The position numbers were made by a program, and so were the translations under genes. 39,741 nucleotides of DNA from Bdellovibrionales bacterium. GTDB lineage: Bacteria > Bdellovibrionota > UBA1018 > CAIMNF01. This document shows positions 34,692 to 39,741 of the stretch, piece by piece. The notes beneath the pieces were generated by a model. It was not told the origin of the DNA, did no database searches, and saw only the letters and a list, made by a program, of their open reading frames with translations. Numbering within the stretch: position 1 is the first letter of the stretch; each line of letters starts with the position of its first letter. The DNA lies in contig JBEIJY010000023.1 of assembly GCA_040380025.1 (NCBI GenBank), forward strand, positions 1-39,741. The letters are read 5' to 3'.

Positions 34692-36257
34692 ATGAGTCTG
34701 AAAGTCATCGTTTTGTTGTTCGTCATCCCCGCATACATCTTCTTTGTTTTGCAAAAGGCAAGGCAGGTTCATCCGAAAGGGCTTTTTGTCCTTTTCTTCA
34801 CCGAGATGTGGGAGCGGATGTCTTACTATGGAATGAGGGCTCTCCTGGTCCTTTATATGACCCAGTATCTTCTGGTGGACCCGGAACGGTTCCAGAATGC
34901 CATCGGTCTTTCCTGGCTGAGGACTTCTCTCGAAAACGGCCTCGGAACCGTCCTCGATGTCCAGCCGTATTCGTCGCAGATTTATGGTTTGTACACCGGT
35001 CTCGTGTATCTTTCTCCTTTCTTCGGCGGGATCATCGCCGATCGCGCCTGGGGCAAGAAAAAGTCGGTCTACGTCGGCGCCTTCCTGATGGCGGTCGGCC
35101 ATTTCCTGATGTCGTTCGAGAACCTGTTTCTCATCGCGCTTCTGTTCCTCATTTTCGGGAACGGGGCATTCAAGCCCAATATTTCCACGCAGGTCGGCGC
35201 GCTCTATAAGGACGGCGACCCGAAAAAAGACGGGGCTTTCACCCTCTTTTACATGGGTGTGAATCTCGGAGCATTCTATTCCCCGTTCCTTTGCAAGGAC
35301 TTCGCGATGTGGATCTGTGAAGTCGCCGGGCTTACTTCGCCCGGAGCGGTCTGGCATGTCGGATTCGGCATGGCCGGAATCGGAATGATCATCGGAACAT
35401 TGATTTATCACCTGATGCGCAAGGATCTTCCCGCAGAAACCGCAGTTCTGGCGCCGCAAGAAAAGCGTGCCGGGATCGCGATCAAGACGGTCACCGGATT
35501 TTCGGCGATCATGATCGGGTTCCTCGGGTTTCTGCTCGTGAGCAATGCCATCAAGGCCGTCATTCTGATCGGAGTGATCGTGGCGGTTCTGTATGCGATC
35601 TCCTCGATCCAGGATCAGTCCGACCGGAGCCGGGTCGGGGCCCTGGTGATCCTTTGCCTCGGAACCGCAGCGTTCTGGGCGATTTTCGAGCAGCAAGGGA
35701 ATACCCTCCAGCTCTGGGCTGATGAGAAGGCGAACTGGGAGTTTTTGGGGCTAGAGTCCACCACCTATCAGGCCTTCAATCCGGCATTCATCTTCTTGCT
35801 TGCGCCCTTGCTCGATCGTCTCTGGATGATCCGCGAGATGCGTGGCAAAAAATCATCCTCGATCCGCAAAATGGCCGTGGGATGTCTGCTCGCCGGAGCC
35901 GCTTTCCTTGTCCTGGCGGTGGGAAGCCACTACATCACCGAGAGCAAATCTCTCATCAATCTGGCATGGCTCACGCTCGCGACGCTCATCTTCACGGTCG
36001 GAGAACTTTATCTCTCTCCGATCGGGCAGTCCTTCGTGGCGAAGGTCGCTCCCGCGCGGTTCCTCTCCATGCTGATGGGGATGTGGTTCATGTCTTCCTT
36101 CATCGGAAACTTCCTCGCCGGCTATCTCGGGGGGTTCTACGACACCATGAGCAAGGATTCGTTCTTCATGATGTTCGCCGTTCTGGGCGGTGTGGTCGGA
36201 GTCTTGTTCCTGATCGCCGAAAACCGCCTCCGGAACGTGGTCGGAAGAGATCTTTGA
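34692..36257 (+). CDS. Proton-dependent oligopeptide (POT/PTR) MFS transporter
   Basis: HPKGL, EMWERMSYYGMR (ExxERxxYY), GGIIADR, GNGAFKPN, FYMGVNLG and GELYLSPIG. SD GAGGAAGG. Confidence 0.95.
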   Translation: MSLKVIVLLFVIPAYIFFVLQKARQVHPKGLFVLFFTEMWERMSYYGMRALLVLYMTQYLLVDPERFQNAIGLSWLRTSLENGLGTVLDVQPYSSQIYGLYTGLVYLSPFFGGIIADRAWGKKKSVYVGAFLMAVGHFLMSFENLFLIALLFLIFGNGAFKPNISTQVGALYKDGDPKKDGAFTLFYMGVNLGAFYSPFLCKDFAMWICEVAGLTSPGAVWHVGFGMAGIGMIIGTLIYHLMRKDLPAETAVLAPQEKRAGIAIKTVTGFSAIMIGFLGFLLVSNAIKAVILIGVIVAVLYAISSIQDQSDRSRVGALVILCLGTAAFWAIFEQQGNTLQLWADEKANWEFLGLESTTYQAFNPAFIFLLAPLLDRLWMIREMRGKKSSSIRKMAVGCLLAGAAFLVLAVGSHYITESKSLINLAWLTLATLIFTVGELYLSPIGQSFVAKVAPARFLSMLMGMWFMSSFIGNFLAGYLGGFYDTMSKDSFFMMFAVLGGVVGVLFLIAENRLRNVVGRDL

Positions 36258-36282
36258 GTTTTGATCGGACGGCTCTTCTGGC

Positions 36283-37173
36283 TCATGCGGTTTGCATGAG
36301 CCAGAAGCCGGCCAGGAACAGCGCAAAAGCACACCACAGTTCCTTGCTGGGCCAGGTGCGGAGCCTTGCATGCTCGATCAACGAAACCCACACGGGGGAA
36401 GTGATCGAAATCGCAGTGAGGCTCGCGACGTGGGCGGACTTCAGCGCCGAGAGATACAGGGTCAACGAAAGAAACGTTCCGAAGACGCAAGCCGCAACCA
36501 CCTGTCTTCGATCCTTCCTGCTCATTCCTGAAAGATCCCGGGCTAGTTCGGGCATGAAGGTGGGGCTCAGAATCAAGAATCCGACAATGGCCCCGATGGC
36601 CCGGGTTGCGTTTGCCTGGAACGGACCGAGTCCGGGCGTCTCTTCATAAGCCTGCCGGGACATCATCACCCCGAGGGCATCGAAGCAAATTCCGACAAAG
36701 GCGAACGCGAAGCTCCTGAGATCATACTTCCCGGTTTCACGGCTCCGCTCGATGACAAAGGCGAACACGCACAGGATCATGCAGCCAATCGCAAAAATCT
36801 GCCGGCCATTTATGGTCTGGGACAAAAACAAGTAGCCGTACAATCCGAGCAAGAACGGCTGGAACGAATAGAGAACCAGGGTCCTTGACGGGCCCAGGGT
36901 CGCAAACGATCGAAAAAGGAAGTAATCCCCCATGAAAAGTCCGAACAGGCCGCTCCCGAGGAGGGCGCCATGTCCGGTCAGGCTCAGGCGGGTGTACGAT
37001 TCGCTCACCCAGAATGCGATCAGGAATCCGGCAAGTCCGATGGTCACCTTGAGCTGGTTCACCCACGTCGGGGAATGGCTCCGAGAAAACCGCGAAAACG
37101 TGATGCTGGCGGTCCCGAACAGAAGATTCGATCCGATCGCGAGCAAATAGGGCGTCGTGGAAGGAGCGGGCAT
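36283..37173 (-). CDS. DMT/EamA family transporter
   Basis: About 10 hydrophobic helices in two repeats, with SGLFGLFMGD...LGPSR and SITSPVW patterns. Confidence 0.85.
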   Translation of the reverse strand: MPAPSTTPYLLAIGSNLLFGTASITFSRFSRSHSPTWVNQLKVTIGLAGFLIAFWVSESYTRLSLTGHGALLGSGLFGLFMGDYFLFRSFATLGPSRTLVLYSFQPFLLGLYGYLFLSQTINGRQIFAIGCMILCVFAFVIERSRETGKYDLRSFAFAFVGICFDALGVMMSRQAYEETPGLGPFQANATRAIGAIVGFLILSPTFMPELARDLSGMSRKDRRQVVAACVFGTFLSLTLYLSALKSAHVASLTAISITSPVWVSLIEHARLRTWPSKELWCAFALFLAGFWLMQTA

Positions 37174-37176
37174 GGT

Positions 37177-38931
37177 CTACATCTTCTCGGGCTTCGGAAT
37201 CCCGAGAAGGTCGAGTCCCGAACCGAGCACTGTTTTCGTGGCGAGAACGAGCGAAAGCCGCGCCAAGGTCAATTCCGCGTCTCCCGTATTCATCACCTTG
37301 CACTCCCGGTAAAAATGGCCGAAATCACGCACAAGATCGATCAGATAGGTGGTGAGTTGGCTCGGCTTTCTCAACTCAAGCGTCCGGTCCAGATGTTCCT
37401 CGAAGCGAGCGAGGGTTCCGAGGAGCCTCGTTTCTTCGGGGGATTCGAGCTTGCTCCTAAGCACAGAGAGAGGCGTTTTTGCGATCGTTCCGATCGCTTC
37501 TCCGGATTTGCGGAGAATGCTGAGACAGCGGGTGTGAGCGTATTGGAGGTAGGGGCCGGTTTCGCCTTCGAAAGAAATCACCCGGTCGATATCAAAATCA
37601 AGATCTTTCGCCGGATCCGTGCTGAGGTCGGCGAACACAAGGGCTCCGATCGCCACCTGATCCGCGATCCGTTCGATTTCTTCTCCGGTGAGGGAGGATC
37701 CGGTCTGGCTCTCTGCACTCTCGGTTCTGCTCTTCATGAGATCGAGCGACTTCCGGACGCACATCTCGTTCACTTCCTCGAGAGTGATGAAGTTCCCCTT
37801 CCGCGTCGACATTTTCGCGTCCTTGAATCGGTACAGGCCGGTCGCGATATGCTCGCACCGCGGTTCCCAGTCCAGCTTCATCGCGCGGAGAACCCCGAAA
37901 ATCTGCTCAAAATGTAGCTTTTGCTCTTTGCCCACGACATAGCTCATGCGGTCAAAGCGGAATTTCTCGAACCGGTAAAGCGCCGCGGCCACGTCCCGGG
38001 TCGCATAGATTGATGCTCCGTCGCTTTTTTCGAGGATGCACGGAGGAATCTCTTTTCCGTCCCGCGAAGAGACGTGCACAACCTGCGCTCCCTGGTCCTC
38101 GACGAGGATTCCTTCTTGCTTCAGACGCGAAAGAAGCGGCTTCAGGTGATCCTCGTAGTGGGATTCGCCCCAAAAATGATCGAATTTCACCTGGTAGCGG
38201 GAATAGGTTTTTTCGAATTCCTTCATCGAGATGTCGACGCATTTCTTCCAGATCGCACGCATCTCGGGGTCGCCTGCCTCAAGCCGTTTGAATGCGTCTT
38301 GTCCGGCTTTTTCGATGGTCGGATCGGTCTCCATGTCTTTATGGATCCGCACGTAAACGTCCACGAGGTGCTTGAGAGAGAGTTCTTCCGGAAGTTCCTT
38401 CTCATAGCGTTTCAGGGCGATGGCGAGTTTTCCGTATTGCGTTCCCCAATCCCCGAGATGGTTGATGGTCACCACGTCATGTCCGCGGAGGCGCGCGATG
38501 CGCGAAAGAGTCGCACCCACGATGGTGGTGCGAAGATGGTAGATCTGGAAGGGCTTCGCGACATTGGGTGAACTGAATTCGAACACCCATCGATTCTTGG
38601 ATTTTCCTGGTGCGGATCCGTAGGACTCGCCGGCTGCGAGGATTTCAGAGAGTACCTCATTCACGAGTGCCTCCCGGTGAATCCTGAAGTTCAGATAAGG
38701 TCCCGCGGTCTCGGCCGAGATTTCGCCAGCAGGCAGAAGCGGAGCCACCTTTTCACAAAGTTCTTGTGCGATCAGGACCGGTGTTTTGCCTGCGCTTTTG
38801 GATAAGCGGAAGCACGGAAACGCGAGGTCTCCCTTTGTCCGATCGGGAGGAGTCTCCAGATCCGAGGGTTTCAACTCGAGGGGAACCAACGGGCCAAGAA
38901 CGCCGAGAATTCTATGTCTGAATTTTTCCAT
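37177..38931 (-). CDS. argS: Arginine--tRNA ligase
   Basis: GDLAFPCF, GPYLNF, EFSSPNVAKP, NHLGDWGTQYG, KSDG..IYATRD, KMSTRKG, GETGPYLQYAHTR and C-terminal LLGIPKPEKM. Confidence 0.97.
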   Translation of the reverse strand: MEKFRHRILGVLGPLVPLELKPSDLETPPDRTKGDLAFPCFRLSKSAGKTPVLIAQELCEKVAPLLPAGEISAETAGPYLNFRIHREALVNEVLSEILAAGESYGSAPGKSKNRWVFEFSSPNVAKPFQIYHLRTTIVGATLSRIARLRGHDVVTINHLGDWGTQYGKLAIALKRYEKELPEELSLKHLVDVYVRIHKDMETDPTIEKAGQDAFKRLEAGDPEMRAIWKKCVDISMKEFEKTYSRYQVKFDHFWGESHYEDHLKPLLSRLKQEGILVEDQGAQVVHVSSRDGKEIPPCILEKSDGASIYATRDVAAALYRFEKFRFDRMSYVVGKEQKLHFEQIFGVLRAMKLDWEPRCEHIATGLYRFKDAKMSTRKGNFITLEEVNEMCVRKSLDLMKSRTESAESQTGSSLTGEEIERIADQVAIGALVFADLSTDPAKDLDFDIDRVISFEGETGPYLQYAHTRCLSILRKSGEAIGTIAKTPLSVLRSKLESPEETRLLGTLARFEEHLDRTLELRKPSQLTTYLIDLVRDFGHFYRECKVMNTGDAELTLARLSLVLATKTVLGSGLDLLGIPKPEKM

Positions 38932-39006
38932 GGTTTTGCAGTCAAAAACCTTCTCATATTTTCGCCGAATCGGGTATCGTTTTGATCGGCTATGATAGAA
39001 AAAGAC

Positions 39007-39429
39007 ATGAATTTAGTTGAATTTCCCGCGCACGAGTATCCTACACTGATTCGAGAACGGCATCTGGATGCCTTCGGGCATGTGAACAACGCTCAATATC
39101 TCGTTCTTTTCGAAGAGGCCCGGTGGGAGATGATCACCTCGAGAGGCTATGGAATTCGGGAAGTTCTCGCGAAAAAAATCGGAACGGTGGTTTTGGAGTG
39201 CCAGGTTCGGTTCAAGCGCGAGCTCCGGCTCCGCGAAGAGATCGTGATCCGCACCCGGGTCCGGGAGCTTCACAAAAAAACCTTGGTTCTTATCCACGAA
39301 ATCGTTCAGGAAGACGGCAAGATCGCCGCTGAAGCAACCTTCACTTTGGGGTGTTTTGATCTCGAGCGCCGAAAACTCATTCCGCTCTCTCCAGAATGGC
39401 TTCACGCAGTCGCAGGAAAAACCCCTTAA
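39007..39429 (+). CDS. Acyl-CoA thioesterase (4HBT/YbgC/FadM hotdog family)
   Basis: LDAFGHVNNAQYL..FEEAR motif. Start is ATG 39007 (or 38992, whose ATG lies within a TATGAT -10-like hexamer). Confidence 0.9.
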   Translation: MNLVEFPAHEYPTLIRERHLDAFGHVNNAQYLVLFEEARWEMITSRGYGIREVLAKKIGTVVLECQVRFKRELRLREEIVIRTRVRELHKKTLVLIHEIVQEDGKIAAEATFTLGCFDLERRKLIPLSPEWLHAVAGKTP

Positions 39430-39741
39430 AAAAGGCTCTAAAAATAAAAAATAAAAATAATGTATTTTCTCCCCTTGCCAATTCCAGAAGTTTGACATAC
39501 CACATTTGAACTCTCCGAGACGGTGACTGAGACGAAAGTCAAAAACAACGAAAACGGAGCTGTTCTTTGAAAACCTGAAACTCAATGAATCCCCGGTCTC
39601 GGTGGCCAGTTTGGCTGCTTTGATGGGAGGGATTCAGTGATGACGATGAAATATTTGAAAGAGAAGACGGGCCTATGGGTTTCGGTGCTTTTACAGACCG
39701 GAGCCGCCTGAATTCAATTCAATTTGAGTCATAAGAAATAC
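39430..39741 (+). promoter_or_regulatory. Probable rRNA operon promoter/leader with boxA
   Basis: A-tract UP-like element (39439-39460), -35-like TTGCCA (39475) and TTGACA (39492), boxA-like TGTTCTTTGAAAA (39561-39573), long hairpin at about 39582-39640, and no credible ORF. Confidence 0.65.

Noticed and set aside
39515..39560. Riboswitch or hammerhead ribozyme (CTGAGA...CGAAA, GAAA tetraloop)
   Set aside because: The full hammerhead core (CUGAUGA with three stems) and the c-di-GMP-I consensus could not be built. A boxB/boxA leader explains the segment better.

Overview
A roughly 39.7 kb bacterial chromosomal segment. Most of it is GC-rich (about 60-63% in spot-counted lines), with a lower-GC block (about 48% in a spot-counted line) at 1-5690 beyond the 3' end of a tRNA-Leu(CAA). 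Gene content suggests a Bdellovibrionota/Oligoflexia-like delta-lineage bacterium (inference): two sigma54 enhancer-binding proteins, an orphan FliL-like protein, many large orphan lipoproteins and beta-barrels, and an AddB-type nuclease. Housekeeping genes include ldcA-like, engB, a Nudix hydrolase, accA-yicC-gmk-rel-rluA-family, rsmD-coaD-aminotransferase, a POT transporter, EamA, argS and a thioesterase. The window ends in what looks like an rRNA operon leader. The most notable observations are: (1) a coupled two-gene unit encoding an apparently catalytically dead TaqI/Eco57I-like N6-methyltransferase/TRD scaffold plus a V4R-like protein; (2) a recurring leaderless-promoter layout for sigma70, sigma54 and sigma28 motifs; (3) accA lacks a canonical start codon; (4) ArgRS has QIYH in place of HIGH; (5) two barrel+lipoprotein pairs; (6) an orphan addB. 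All family calls come from motif recognition by eye, and no database searches were run.
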